From positions 132,153 through 196,152 of the forward strand of contig CAZCST010000030.1 in the NCBI GenBank assembly GCA_964501365.1: 64,000 bases of DNA, given 5' to 3'. The position numbers were made by a program, and so were the translations under genes. How positions within the stretch are numbered: the stretch's first letter is position 1; each line of letters opens with the position of its first letter. This stretch comes from an uncultured Phycisphaera sp. (GTDB lineage: Bacteria; Planctomycetota; Phycisphaerae; UBA1845). Below, piece by piece: positions 46,015 to 56,199 of this stretch. The notes beneath the pieces are model-generated. The model was not told the origin of the DNA and did no database searches. It saw only the letters and a list, made by a program, of their open reading frames with translations.

Positions 46015-46464
46015 ATGCGTGCCGTCGTTCAACGAGTTTTGAAGGCTTCAGTCGAGGTGGACGGCAAGACCGTTGGCGCAATTGAAAGGGGACTGCTCGT
46101 TTATCTTGGAGTCGGTTTGGACGATACGGCTGATGACGCCAATCTACTCGCTGACAAAATTCGCTTCCTGCGTGTGTTTGAAGATCAGGACGGCAAGATG
46201 AACCTTGACGTCGCTCAGGCAAACGACTCCGTGCTTGTGGTCAGTGCGTTCACCGTGCAGGCGGATGCCCGAAAGGGCCGCCGGCCGACGTTTGATGCCG
46301 CAGCAAGAGGCGAGAGCGCTTTGAAACTATATGAACGGTTTTGCGACGCGCTTCAATCCACCGGACTGATCATAGCACGCGGCTCGTTCGGCGCAGACAT
46401 GAAAGTCCACTCCGTCAACGACGGCCCCGTCTGCATTCTGCTCGATTCGCAACGAGTGTTCTGA
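46015..46464 (+). CDS. dtd: D-aminoacyl-tRNA deacylase
   Basis: MRAVVQRV..., VSAFTVQAD, NDGPVCILLD. Confidence 0.9.
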   Translation: MRAVVQRVLKASVEVDGKTVGAIERGLLVYLGVGLDDTADDANLLADKIRFLRVFEDQDGKMNLDVAQANDSVLVVSAFTVQADARKGRRPTFDAAARGESALKLYERFCDALQSTGLIIARGSFGADMKVHSVNDGPVCILLDSQRVF

Positions 46465-46524
46465 ATTCTTGCCAGGCGGAGATTTCCATTTGGAAACCCC
46501 AGGCTATGATCCACTGCCTCAACC

Positions 46525-47343
46525 ATGTGGAATCTGCATTTTGGCTGGTTATTCGCACTAGGCGTGGGCGTCGGCGCACTGGGTACGCTGATCGGCGCGG
46601 GCGGAGGGTTCCTTCTCGTGCCGATCTTGCTGCTGCTGTATCCTCGCGAACAGCCCGAAACCATTGCGTCTATTTCGCTGGCCGTTGTATTCTTTAACGC
46701 CGCTTCGGGGTCCCTTGCCTATGCATGGCAAAAGCGAATTGATTATCGCTCTGCAATTCTTTTTACGTTAACGACTGTGCCTGGCGCAATCGTGGGCGCG
46801 CTGGTCACATCCCATGTTCCGCGCCGCCTCTTTGACGCATTATTGGGCGCCGTGATGTTGACGACGGCGGCGTACTTGCTATTGGAACGCAAGCGAGAAT
46901 TCCAGTACGAAGATGCGGTGGTGGCTCATGTTAAGCCAGGAGACGAGCAGCACCCCAAACTAGACACGAAGAAAACGCTCCTGGGGATGGCTCTTAGCGG
47001 GATTCTCGGAGGTCTCTCCAGCTTGCTGGGAATCGGCGGTGGAATCGTCCACGTACCCTTACTTGTAAAGGTACTTTCGTTTCCAGTTCATATTGCAACG
47101 GCGACATCACATCTGATCTTGGCCATCACCGCGTTGGCCGGAACCATCGTGCACATTGCCAATGGGGCCTTTCATCATGGTGTCGTGCGTACAACATTCC
47201 TCTCGATGGGAGTGGTCGTCGGAGCACAAATCGGCGCCAGACTCTCTACGTTGATGGGTGGAAAATGGATCATGCGCGGATTGGGCCTGGCGCTATTGCT
47301 CGTGGCGCTACGACTCTTGATCGCGGCCTGCATGAACCGCTAA
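46525..47343 (+). CDS. TauE/SafE family (sulfite exporter-like) membrane protein
   Basis: Duplicated 4-TM pattern with GVGALGTLIGAGGGFLLVPILL and GGLSSLLGIGGGIVHVPLL. Confidence 0.75.
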   Translation: MWNLHFGWLFALGVGVGALGTLIGAGGGFLLVPILLLLYPREQPETIASISLAVVFFNAASGSLAYAWQKRIDYRSAILFTLTTVPGAIVGALVTSHVPRRLFDALLGAVMLTTAAYLLLERKREFQYEDAVVAHVKPGDEQHPKLDTKKTLLGMALSGILGGLSSLLGIGGGIVHVPLLVKVLSFPVHIATATSHLILAITALAGTIVHIANGAFHHGVVRTTFLSMGVVVGAQIGARLSTLMGGKWIMRGLGLALLLVALRLLIAACMNR

Positions 47344-47350
47344 CTCAAAC

Positions 47351-49285
47351 TCAACCCGAATCAGAGGGCTTGGACGGTTTGGGATTGTCCTGACTCCGCC
47401 CCCCCAGATGTTCGGAAAGAAAGTGTTCGGCCTTCCCGTAAAAATCCAGCCGATTCTCAGGGCGGGCAAAGCCATGACCCTCGTCAGGGTATTCCACATA
47501 TTCGACGATCTTGCCCGCCTTTTTCAAGGCATCCACCATCTGCAATGACTCAGACTTCTTGACGCGAGGATCATTTGCACCTTGGGCAATCAGCAACGGC
47601 TTGACAATTTTGTCCACATGGAAGAGCGGCGAGCGCGACTTCAGGAACTCCGCATCCTTCTGTGGATGCCCCACGCGCTGCCACAGAATCGGCTCCAGCG
47701 GCTTCCAATACGGCGGAATGGTTTCCTGAAACGTGATGAGATTGCTGGGCCCGACAATATCCACACCGCAGGCGAAAAGCTCGGGCGTAAAGGTCAGGCC
47801 AACCAGGGTTGCATAACCGCCGTACGACCCACCGAAGATTCCCACACGTTTGGGGTCGGCGATGCCCTGATCGACCACCCACTTGACCCCATCAACCAGA
47901 TCGTCGTGCATCTTGCCGCCCCACTCGCGATTCGCGGCGTTCAGATAATTCTTGCCGTATCCTGTCGATCCACGATAGTTGATCTGCATCACGGCATAAC
48001 CGCGATTGGCCAGCCACTGAACTTCGCCGTCATACCCCCAACTGTCCCGCGCCCACGGACCACCATGCACATTCAGAACCAGCGGCAGATTTTTCGGTTC
48101 GACGCCCGGGGGCAATGTGAGGTAGCCCTGAACGGTGAGGCCGTCCCGGGCCTTGAAGCTCACAGGCTTCATCTTTGCGAGCGACAGACCTTCCAACGCC
48201 TTGCGATTGGCGAACAGCAATTGCGCTTTCTTTGTGCCGCGGTCGAAGGCATAGTAGTAAACCGGCCCATCGTCCTCATCGAACGTGACGAGCCAGGTCT
48301 TGTCCGCACGGTCGCGGTTGGCAATGTTGAAGTCCCCGTCACGGATCGCTGCGATTGCAGCAAAGTCGTCCTTGATGGTTTCGTCGATCACCGTCCACGT
48401 GCGCCGGGCCTTGCTGAAGGCGACCGCCTGCACGGCATGCGTGTTGGGGTGAATCAACAGGTCTGACACATCCGCCTGATCGTCCTTTGCAATGGTCTTC
48501 TCCTTGCCCGTTGCAAAGTCCAGCTCGCGAAGCTCGCCCGTATTGCTTCCCACGCTGCTGATGACGTACAGACTCGTGCCGCCCGGTGCGACCGCTACCG
48601 GTCCGCTGGTCATCGCATCTTCCGGGCCCCAGGCCGCCATCTGCTTCCATTCGGCTTTTTCATTTTCCCGGCCATGAAACGCGATGCCGCCGTCGGGCAT
48701 CATTTTCGCCCCGCCGCGCACGTGGAACTCGTGGTCCGTGACCCAGCCGATGAACTGCTGATCGTTGACGGCCACTTCAGTCATTGCGCCCGTTGTGACA
48801 TTGATGCGATATACATCGTGGAATTGCGGGTCGCGTTTGTTGATGGAAACCAGAATCTCATTGGGAAATTTCTGATCGACCGATTCGATGCGGGCCTGAA
48901 CGTTATCGAAGGGGGTCAAATTGCGTTCTGTGTTGGTCTTCAGATCGACTGCGTAAAGGCGCCAGTTCTCGTCGCCGTCCTTGTCCTGGATGTAGACAAT
49001 CTGTTCGTTATTTGGCACCCAGAAGTACATGCGGATGCCGCGTTTGCGGTCATTCGTAATCACGTGGTCGTCGGACTGCCCGATCGTGCGCACCCAGACG
49101 TTGAGCACACCTTCATTCGCGGCCAGATAGGCGAGACGCTTGCCATCCGGTGAGATTTGTGGATTGGCGCGATCGGGGTTGCCGAAGAACACTTCTCTGG
49201 GGATCAGCGGTGGCAATTCCGCATGAACCCACGAACCCGCCAACATCGTCATCAGCAGAGAGGCGCTTGCTTTCCGAAAACACAT
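47351..49285 (-). CDS. S9 family serine peptidase (prolyl oligopeptidase / DPP-type) with an N-terminal beta-propeller
   Basis: Catalytic GGSYGGY, GANDPRV, EGHGF. The ORF opens at 49369; the signal peptide MCFRKASASLLMTMLAGSWVHA starts at 49285. Confidence 0.85.
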   Translation of the reverse strand: MCFRKASASLLMTMLAGSWVHAELPPLIPREVFFGNPDRANPQISPDGKRLAYLAANEGVLNVWVRTIGQSDDHVITNDRKRGIRMYFWVPNNEQIVYIQDKDGDENWRLYAVDLKTNTERNLTPFDNVQARIESVDQKFPNEILVSINKRDPQFHDVYRINVTTGAMTEVAVNDQQFIGWVTDHEFHVRGGAKMMPDGGIAFHGRENEKAEWKQMAAWGPEDAMTSGPVAVAPGGTSLYVISSVGSNTGELRELDFATGKEKTIAKDDQADVSDLLIHPNTHAVQAVAFSKARRTWTVIDETIKDDFAAIAAIRDGDFNIANRDRADKTWLVTFDEDDGPVYYYAFDRGTKKAQLLFANRKALEGLSLAKMKPVSFKARDGLTVQGYLTLPPGVEPKNLPLVLNVHGGPWARDSWGYDGEVQWLANRGYAVMQINYRGSTGYGKNYLNAANREWGGKMHDDLVDGVKWVVDQGIADPKRVGIFGGSYGGYATLVGLTFTPELFACGVDIVGPSNLITFQETIPPYWKPLEPILWQRVGHPQKDAEFLKSRSPLFHVDKIVKPLLIAQGANDPRVKKSESLQMVDALKKAGKIVEYVEYPDEGHGFARPENRLDFYGKAEHFLSEHLGGRSQDNPKPSKPSDSG

Positions 49286-49485
49286 AGAAATGCTCGCTGG
49301 CACAGAATAAATCTCCCTCCTCCATGATCGAAACCAACGGGAAGGACATCCTGTCCCCCTGACCACCACCTCAATTTATCCTAGCACTCGGCGAGCCACT
49401 CACGAGTCCAATGTTGTGTATTCCTGTCGGACCGGGGATCCGCCAAGGGCTCACACAACATTCCAGTCTCTTTATGGGCTGATCT

Positions 49486-51036
49486 TCAAAACCGCTCGGT
49501 AATCGATTTGCCCTGCAGGAACAGTTGCAGGTAGTCGCGGCCACCGGCCTTGGAGTCCGTGCCGGACATGTTGAAGCCGCCAAACGGCTGGACATCGACG
49601 AGCGCGCCGGTGCATTTGCGGTTCAAATAGAGGTTGCCGACGTGGAATTCGTGGCGGGCGCGCTCCAGGCGCATGCGGTCGCGCGAAAACAGCGCACCGG
49701 TCAGGCCGTACTGCGTCCCATTGGCGATTTGCAGCGCGTTATCGAAATCGTGCGCCTTGATCACCGCAAGCACCGGGCCGAAAATCTCCTCCTGTGCGAT
49801 TCGAGCCGCGGGAGGCACGTCTGCAATGATGGTCGGCGGCACGAAATAGCCGTTGGATGGCACACGACCCTCGCCTGTGACCATCCGCCCTTCGGATTTT
49901 CCGATGCGGACATATTCAGTGATCTTCTTGTGGGCAGCCTGATCGATTACTGCGCCCATGTAGAAATTTTCCGCCGTCACGGTGTCTCCGACAGAAAGTT
50001 CGCGGGATCCTGCGGCGACGCGGTCGAGTAGTTCGTCGTAAATCTGTTCATGGGCAATGAGCCTGCTGCACGCCGAGCACTTCTGCCCCTGGAACCCAAA
50101 AGCCGCCGCTACCACCGCCTGCGCTGCCGAGGCCACGTCTGCGGTCTCATCGACGATGATGGCGTCCTTACCGCCCATTTCCAGAACCGTTCGCTTGAGC
50201 CAAATCTGCCCAGGAGCGACTTTGGCGGCCTTTTCGAAGATTCCCAAGCCCACGTCGCGCGACCCGGTAAACGAGATGAACCGAGTCAGCGGGTGCGCAA
50301 CCATCGTGTCGCCGACGCTGGCTCCGGGCCCCGGCACGAAATTCAGGACCTCCGGGGGCAGACCCGCCTCGTGCAGACATTCCACCAGCTTCGCCGCAAC
50401 GATTGGCGACGCACTTGACGGCTTCAGACACACGGTATTGCCTGTCACCAAAGCCGCCGTCGTCATGCCCGCGGTAATGGCCAGCGCAAAATTCCACGGC
50501 GGTATCACCACGCCCACGCCCAGCGGAATGTAACGAACTTCGTTCTCCTCGCCGGGCATCGGTGTTGTCGGGTGGGACCCGCTCAGCCGCATCGCCTCGC
50601 GTGCATAAAACTCCATGAAGTCGATCGCTTCGCAGGTGTCGGCGTACGCTTCAATCCAGCTCTTGCTGACTTCGTAGCACATCCACGCGGAAAATTCATA
50701 GAGCCGCCGCCGCATGATCGCTGCGGCCTTCAGCAGCACGCGAGCCCGTACGTCGGGTTCGACACGACTCCAAGCCGTGAATTGTTGCGACGCTGAGCGC
50801 ACTGCACGGTCGGCTATGTCAGCATTGGCCTTGGACATGACGCCTACGATGCGACTGGGATCGGCCGGGCTGATTGAAGTGAATGTTTCCGATGTCGTGA
50901 TCGGCTTGCCATCGACCCAGAGTGGATACGTTCGGCCAAGATGTCCCCGCACGTGTTCGAGTGCGGCGAGCATTTTGGCTCGCGGTTCGGGTTGATTGAA
51001 GTCAACGTAACTTTCCGGGAAATATGGCGTCAACAT
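49486..51036 (-). CDS. pruA: L-glutamate gamma-semialdehyde (1-pyrroline-5-carboxylate) dehydrogenase
   Basis: ALDH family with LEMGGKDA and FGFQGQKCSACSR. The length and N-terminal region are typical of stand-alone P5CDH. Confidence 0.8.
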   Translation of the reverse strand: MLTPYFPESYVDFNQPEPRAKMLAALEHVRGHLGRTYPLWVDGKPITTSETFTSISPADPSRIVGVMSKANADIADRAVRSASQQFTAWSRVEPDVRARVLLKAAAIMRRRLYEFSAWMCYEVSKSWIEAYADTCEAIDFMEFYAREAMRLSGSHPTTPMPGEENEVRYIPLGVGVVIPPWNFALAITAGMTTAALVTGNTVCLKPSSASPIVAAKLVECLHEAGLPPEVLNFVPGPGASVGDTMVAHPLTRFISFTGSRDVGLGIFEKAAKVAPGQIWLKRTVLEMGGKDAIIVDETADVASAAQAVVAAAFGFQGQKCSACSRLIAHEQIYDELLDRVAAGSRELSVGDTVTAENFYMGAVIDQAAHKKITEYVRIGKSEGRMVTGEGRVPSNGYFVPPTIIADVPPAARIAQEEIFGPVLAVIKAHDFDNALQIANGTQYGLTGALFSRDRMRLERARHEFHVGNLYLNRKCTGALVDVQPFGGFNMSGTDSKAGGRDYLQLFLQGKSITERF

Positions 51037-51204
51037 GCTCGTCCCTCGCTATGCTTCCAGTATGCTATCCCAAGCCTGAACGTACCAACTCTGTCACTCA
51101 TGTTATACCCTCGATGCATGATAAAAAAGTTTCGAGACATTTCCATTGGGACGATGTTCGTGTTTACGATTGTCAACGATGTTACCTCGATCTAGGATGA
51201 ACAA

Positions 51205-52608
51205 ATGTCAAGCAATCCCCTGACTGCGCCTTCCACCGTCGGATATCCAGGTTTCCTGAGACCGAAATGGGTAATGCTCGCACTCTTGGCCCTTGCGGGG
51301 CTTCTGTTCCCCACCGGGTGCCCTAATTCAGCGACAACGGGCAACGGAAACGGCAATTCCGACACAATTCGGCTCCGTTTGGTCGCCGAAGGTTTGGTCG
51401 CGCCTGTTGGGATGGCCATACCGCCTGACAATTCCAATCGAATCTTCGTTCTCGATCAGGTCGGAAAGGTACGCATCATTGAGGCATCGGGCCATATCCT
51501 CGAAACCCCCTTCCTCGATTTGACCGACCGGCTTGTCGAAATCCTTCCGGCTTATGACGAACGCGGACTCCTTGGGATGGCGTTTCATCCCAACTACGCG
51601 GAAAACGGCAGATTCTTCATCGTCTATAACGCGCCGCCTCCCGCCGACGGCGGCGATGTCGGGTACGCGATTGATTCGCTGGAGCGAGTTTCCGAATTTC
51701 GCGTGAGCGATCAGGCGAATATCGCGGACTCATCAAGCGAGCGAATTCTCCTGGAACTCGCCAAACCGCAATTCAACCACAACGGCGGTCAGCTCGCCTT
51801 TGGTCCTTCCGACGGTTTTCTTTATGTTTCCATTGGGGATGGCGGCGGGGCCAATGATGTCGGTGATGGACACAATTCGGCTTTGGGTAACGCCCAGGAC
51901 ACCCAATCCCTCTTTGGAAAAATCCTGCGAATCGACGTAGATCAGGGGAATCCGTACGCAGTCCCCGATGATAATCCCTTTGTTGGCAATTCCGGATATC
52001 GCCCCGAGATTTGGGCGCTGGGCCTGAGAAACCCCTGGCGATTTTCCCTCGACCGCCAGAATCCCGAGCGCATGTTCATCGCTGACGTTGGCCAGGAACT
52101 CTTCGAAGAAGTCGATCTTGGCGTCAAAGGCGCCAATTATGGCTGGCACATGCGAGAGGGGACGCATTGTTTCAGCGCCGAGACAGCCACCGAGCCGCCG
52201 CCATCCTGCAGTGGTGTCGGGGCGAATGGCGAGCCTCTGGTTGGACCCATCTTCGACCATTCCCACCTCAACGACGCTGGTGAAGTGAATCGAACGTCAA
52301 TCATCGGCGGCTATGTCTATCGAGGCTCAAACATCCCCGGATTGACGGGGCAATATGTTTTCGGAGATTACAGCTCTGGATTCGAAGGCACTGGCGATGG
52401 CACACTTCTGGCCGCACGCGAAAACGCCAACGGCACATGGTCATTGCGCGAGCTTGGCGTCGAGAATAACTCCGACGCGCGAATTCATCTTTTTGTTCGC
52501 GGGTTTGGCGAGGATTCATCCGGCGAACTCTATGTTCTTACTACCAGCAGCCTGGGCCCGGTCGGCTCAACCGGTGCGGTGTACAAAATTGAACCGAGTT
52601 CTAACTGA
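51205..52608 (+). CDS. PQQ-dependent sugar dehydrogenase (soluble GDH / sorbosone dehydrogenase family)
   Basis: HNGGQLAFGPSDGFLYVSIGDGGG, GKILRIDVD, WALGLRNPWRFS, IADVGQELFEEV. Confidence 0.8.
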   Translation: MSSNPLTAPSTVGYPGFLRPKWVMLALLALAGLLFPTGCPNSATTGNGNGNSDTIRLRLVAEGLVAPVGMAIPPDNSNRIFVLDQVGKVRIIEASGHILETPFLDLTDRLVEILPAYDERGLLGMAFHPNYAENGRFFIVYNAPPPADGGDVGYAIDSLERVSEFRVSDQANIADSSSERILLELAKPQFNHNGGQLAFGPSDGFLYVSIGDGGGANDVGDGHNSALGNAQDTQSLFGKILRIDVDQGNPYAVPDDNPFVGNSGYRPEIWALGLRNPWRFSLDRQNPERMFIADVGQELFEEVDLGVKGANYGWHMREGTHCFSAETATEPPPSCSGVGANGEPLVGPIFDHSHLNDAGEVNRTSIIGGYVYRGSNIPGLTGQYVFGDYSSGFEGTGDGTLLAARENANGTWSLRELGVENNSDARIHLFVRGFGEDSSGELYVLTTSSLGPVGSTGAVYKIEPSSN

Positions 52609-52644
52609 AACCAACCAAGACCCAGTTGAGGCGTAAGAAGCGAA

Positions 52645-53346
52645 ATGACGCAGCGTAATGGGAACGTACTGACCGTGTGCTGGACTGCAAGCGCACTTGC
52701 GATGTTGATTTCGCTGGCCTTTCTCGTCGCCGGTCCGGCCTGTATCAGCAATACGGGAGGTGCATCTCACACGGATCAAACTGTTGGCGCTGTGCTGTTT
52801 CGGACCAACTACGTGACGGCCGGGGGTGAATCACAATCGTGCGATGATTGTCATGGCGCGAACGGTTCCGGCGGGCCGGACGTTGACATTCGAGGAAGCT
52901 CGTCATCACACCTGCAATCCCACGCTCAGGGCACGGGGACACATCCTGATGGCGTAAAATATCCAGACCTGACAGATGACGATTTCGTCGCCATTGCCGA
53001 GTTTCTTGGCGGCGAAGGTGCTGGCAATGATGACCACGATGACGGAGCCGACGATCTGGTCGGCGATGCACAGCGGGGTATGGAGCTATTCCGTTCGCCG
53101 CAGCCAACCGCAGGCGGCATTGACCTTTCTTGTTCGAGTTGCCATCGACAGGACGGCGCTGGTGCAGGCGGCCCATCCCTGCTCGACCAGGCCGCCGGAC
53201 ATTTGATGGAGCATGCCCAGGAGTCGGGTGAACACCCAGAAGGAATCAAATTCCCCGAGTTGACCGCGCAGGATTTTGCTGACATGGCCGCGTTTCTGAG
53301 CACCGAAACAGATGGCCACCAGCTGTCGCCAATCCTGGTGCATTGA
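52645..53346 (+). CDS. Diheme c-type cytochrome made of two duplicated modules
   Basis: CDDCH and CSSCH. The modules align with each other (SHLQSHAQGTGTHPDGVKYPDLTDDDFVAIAEFL versus GHLMEHAQESGEHPEGIKFPELTAQDFADMAAFL). Confidence 0.7.
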   Translation: MTQRNGNVLTVCWTASALAMLISLAFLVAGPACISNTGGASHTDQTVGAVLFRTNYVTAGGESQSCDDCHGANGSGGPDVDIRGSSSSHLQSHAQGTGTHPDGVKYPDLTDDDFVAIAEFLGGEGAGNDDHDDGADDLVGDAQRGMELFRSPQPTAGGIDLSCSSCHRQDGAGAGGPSLLDQAAGHLMEHAQESGEHPEGIKFPELTAQDFADMAAFLSTETDGHQLSPILVH

Positions 53347-53359
53347 GAAGTAGAGAGAT

Positions 53360-55474
53360 CTATGGCATTGGCGGGAGCGATTTGCCATTGTAAACCGCGA
53401 ACGGAGCAGCGCCATTCAGGAGATCGATGAGGGTGATGATGTCCGGCGGCGCGGCCACCCCGGAACGATCGATATCAGTCGCCCAAATCGGCCGGACAAA
53501 CACTCCATTCAACGAGTCAATCAGTTCCAGAATGTCAGCCGGACTGGTGAGCCCGTCGCTGCCGGCATCACCCGGCAGGTAGCCAAGTCGGACACGCGAA
53601 CCGGTGGCCACATGCGTAATCGTCGTCCATGACTGCGGATCAATGGGTCGATCCAGAGTGATACGAACGTGATCCGTGTCGAGCGGCTCAACTGCAATGA
53701 TTGATGGCGCCGAACCGGCGACAGACTGCTCGATGGAGAAATCACTCGACGCCACACCATCGACATCTCGTGGAAAACGAAGATCGATACTCGACCAGCC
53801 AACTGGTGCAAGTGATTTTCGATCGATTGGCTGCCTTGCATCAATGGCGGTGTCAGGCGGATTCGACTCAAGAATGCCTGGCCATTGTGCCGCAGCCAGC
53901 AACGCCAGATGTGCGTTGATCCGACCATACCCGAAGTGATCGTCCCAGCCGGGTGCGCCGCGATCCTCGGCGGTGGTCTCGATGATTTCCTCGATCTCAT
54001 CATTGGTAAGTTCAGGCACGTACGATTTGATCAGTGCGGCCAATCCCGAAACGTGGGGAGTTGCCATGGAAGTTCCGAGATTGTCATGATACTGCCCGTT
54101 CGTCCAAGTTGAATAGATGTTCTGGCCCGGAGCGGCCACATCCGTTTGCACTCCATAGTTGGCGAAAAATCCCAGACCGTCCTGATTGTCGGTCGCGGTG
54201 ACAGCCATGACATTAGTCATTCGCGCGGGGTAGCAGACTGTGTCGTTTGCCGGCGGAACGCCATTGCTGCAATTGTCATTATTCCCCGTAGCCGCCACGA
54301 GCAGAACGCCCGCGTCATGCGCATAGTTCACCGCAGCCTGCATGGTGGTGATCGAAGTCTGCTGGCTGAGGTTATACTGGACGCTCATGTTGATAATGTC
54401 CGCACCGTGATCGGCGGCCCACACAATCCCCTCACTAAGGTCCGTCGCGTTACCGCTGCATCCGGTCAGGACTTTGACGGGGAGGAGGTAGACGCCCCAC
54501 GACATTCCGGCGACACCAATCGCCGTGCAAGTCGGATCGCCGCAAACACCGCCCGGACATTCGTTGCTGGTGACACAGGGCTGCCCTGCATTGGAGCTTC
54601 CAACGCACCCCGGCGCACAATCGGCCGCCGATTGGCAGGATTTCCCCAAGTCAGATGTTCCGCCGCCGCAACTCGTGCCACCGGCTGCGCCAACGATTCC
54701 GGCGACGTGCGTTCCGTGCGGACAGGAGTCTTGTAGGTTGGCCGCCGTGCCCGAATTCAGAACCGTATTCCAACCAGGAAGGATTCTGCCCGTGGAAAGC
54801 GGACCCAGATTGTTGCCGAATTCGGGGTGGGAGCTGATTCCGCTGTCAATCACTGCGACGATCACGAGGTTGGGCCCCACGCCAGTGTGGATCGCCCACG
54901 CTTCAGGCGCGTCGATATCGGCATCGATCAGGCCGGGCGGACCACCGTTAATAGATTGCCCTGTATTGTTCATTCCCCATTGAATATTGAAGAACTGATC
55001 GCTTGGAATGATCGGATCTGAGGCCACGCTGCCAATCACGTCCGGAGCAGCGAATTCGACCTCGTCATTCAACGCGGACAATGCATTGGCCAACCGCTGC
55101 GTGTCCGTACCGGCCGGGACTTCCAATACAAACGTTCGGTCGAGTCCGTACTTTTCTGCAATCGCTGGATGAGAGAAGGCATCCCGATACCCCCGCCGCA
55201 TTTTGGACGCGCGCCAAGCAGAGGCTAGTGCCCGAAATCGCACGCTGGTTCGCGGCAATGCATCGTTATCGGCAACGGCAGCGGCACGTCGAATCGCAGA
55301 CCGGGCAAAAGCGTCAGCCCGAAGCCGGACGACAAGGCGAGTGCTTGCGATTCCTCCGGGTGTGTCGGGAAGGCCGGGCTGTGTGGGTTGCGCCAATGCC
55401 ACGCCGCCCATCCAAACAGCGGCAACGCCAAAGGCAATCCCAAAACGTAGTCCCCGAATGCGCGCTATCGCCAC
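53360..55474 (-). CDS. Secreted S8 (subtilisin-family) serine protease with a Cys-rich insertion and a C-terminal dockerin-like module
   Basis: Triad contexts VAVIDSGI, HGTHVAGIV, GTSMATPHVSGLAALI. Insertion TSCGGGTSDLGKSCQSAADCAPGCVGSSNAGQPCVTSNECPGGVCGDPTC. C-terminus PGDAGSDGLTSPADILELIDSLNG...DIDRSGVAAPPDIITLIDLLNG. Confidence 0.85.
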   Translation of the reverse strand: MAIARIRGLRFGIAFGVAAVWMGGVALAQPTQPGLPDTPGGIASTRLVVRLRADAFARSAIRRAAAVADNDALPRTSVRFRALASAWRASKMRRGYRDAFSHPAIAEKYGLDRTFVLEVPAGTDTQRLANALSALNDEVEFAAPDVIGSVASDPIIPSDQFFNIQWGMNNTGQSINGGPPGLIDADIDAPEAWAIHTGVGPNLVIVAVIDSGISSHPEFGNNLGPLSTGRILPGWNTVLNSGTAANLQDSCPHGTHVAGIVGAAGGTSCGGGTSDLGKSCQSAADCAPGCVGSSNAGQPCVTSNECPGGVCGDPTCTAIGVAGMSWGVYLLPVKVLTGCSGNATDLSEGIVWAADHGADIINMSVQYNLSQQTSITTMQAAVNYAHDAGVLLVAATGNNDNCSNGVPPANDTVCYPARMTNVMAVTATDNQDGLGFFANYGVQTDVAAPGQNIYSTWTNGQYHDNLGTSMATPHVSGLAALIKSYVPELTNDEIEEIIETTAEDRGAPGWDDHFGYGRINAHLALLAAAQWPGILESNPPDTAIDARQPIDRKSLAPVGWSSIDLRFPRDVDGVASSDFSIEQSVAGSAPSIIAVEPLDTDHVRITLDRPIDPQSWTTITHVATGSRVRLGYLPGDAGSDGLTSPADILELIDSLNGVFVRPIWATDIDRSGVAAPPDIITLIDLLNGAAPFAVYNGKSLPPMP

Positions 55475-55588
55475 TAACCCCTCCCCCGTTCAATTGTTCG
55501 ATGAGGCCGAAAAATGGAATCCCCCGGTTGCTTGCTGAAGATCATAGATGGAATGTCGTGGGGATTCAAACCTTGTTTTCGGACTTGC

Positions 55589-56170
55589 TTATGTATTCCA
55601 GGTGGGTCTGGTTGTGGCCACAAACCGTAACTGACCAAAAAGAAAGTGTCGCTGCATCACCAGCCGAGTCAACTCGCGAAGGACGGTTTCGTCCATTCGA
55701 CCGCTGAACTTCATCGCGATTACGTCCTCTTCAAGCTCCTGCCAACGTCGTGTACCGGTGAATTTTCGCTTTCGTTTGGGGTCGCGTTCGTCCATGATCT
55801 TGCGAACGTCGGACTCCACCCGGGCCAATTCCACTGCGATTTTGTGACCCGAAAATTCATGTTGCCACTCGCCTTTGCGAAACCGATTGCTGGGAGGGAC
55901 AAGGGTGTCGCCCGTTGGGAATGCTTTGCTTGCAAAGACGGTCGCTTCTTCCTGCGGCTGGGCGGATGCGGATTCGCCGTTTTCAGGGGCGGCTTCATAC
56001 TCGGCTCCGTCCAGAGCACGAACCTCAATGGACATGGCAGCGGCCTTGGCCTCTTCGATCGGCGAAACTGTTTCAACTTCCGATTGAGTTGACCCATCCG
56101 CCGTGGCGTCGTTTTCGATGGATTCGTCGAATCCATGTTCCGGCGGAATTGTGTCGTCAGAATCCATCAT
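55589..56170 (-). CDS. Hypothetical protein (acidic N-terminal half, basic helical C-terminal half)
   Basis: The ORF opens at 56278 and would overlap the upstream gene by 79 nt. ATGATG at 56170 or 56167 is preferred. No motif recognised. Confidence 0.45.
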   Translation of the reverse strand: MMDSDDTIPPEHGFDESIENDATADGSTQSEVETVSPIEEAKAAAMSIEVRALDGAEYEAAPENGESASAQPQEEATVFASKAFPTGDTLVPPSNRFRKGEWQHEFSGHKIAVELARVESDVRKIMDERDPKRKRKFTGTRRWQELEEDVIAMKFSGRMDETVLRELTRLVMQRHFLFGQLRFVATTRPTWNT

Positions 56171-56199
56171 AATAGATATTCCATTCCTCCGGCCGCGCC

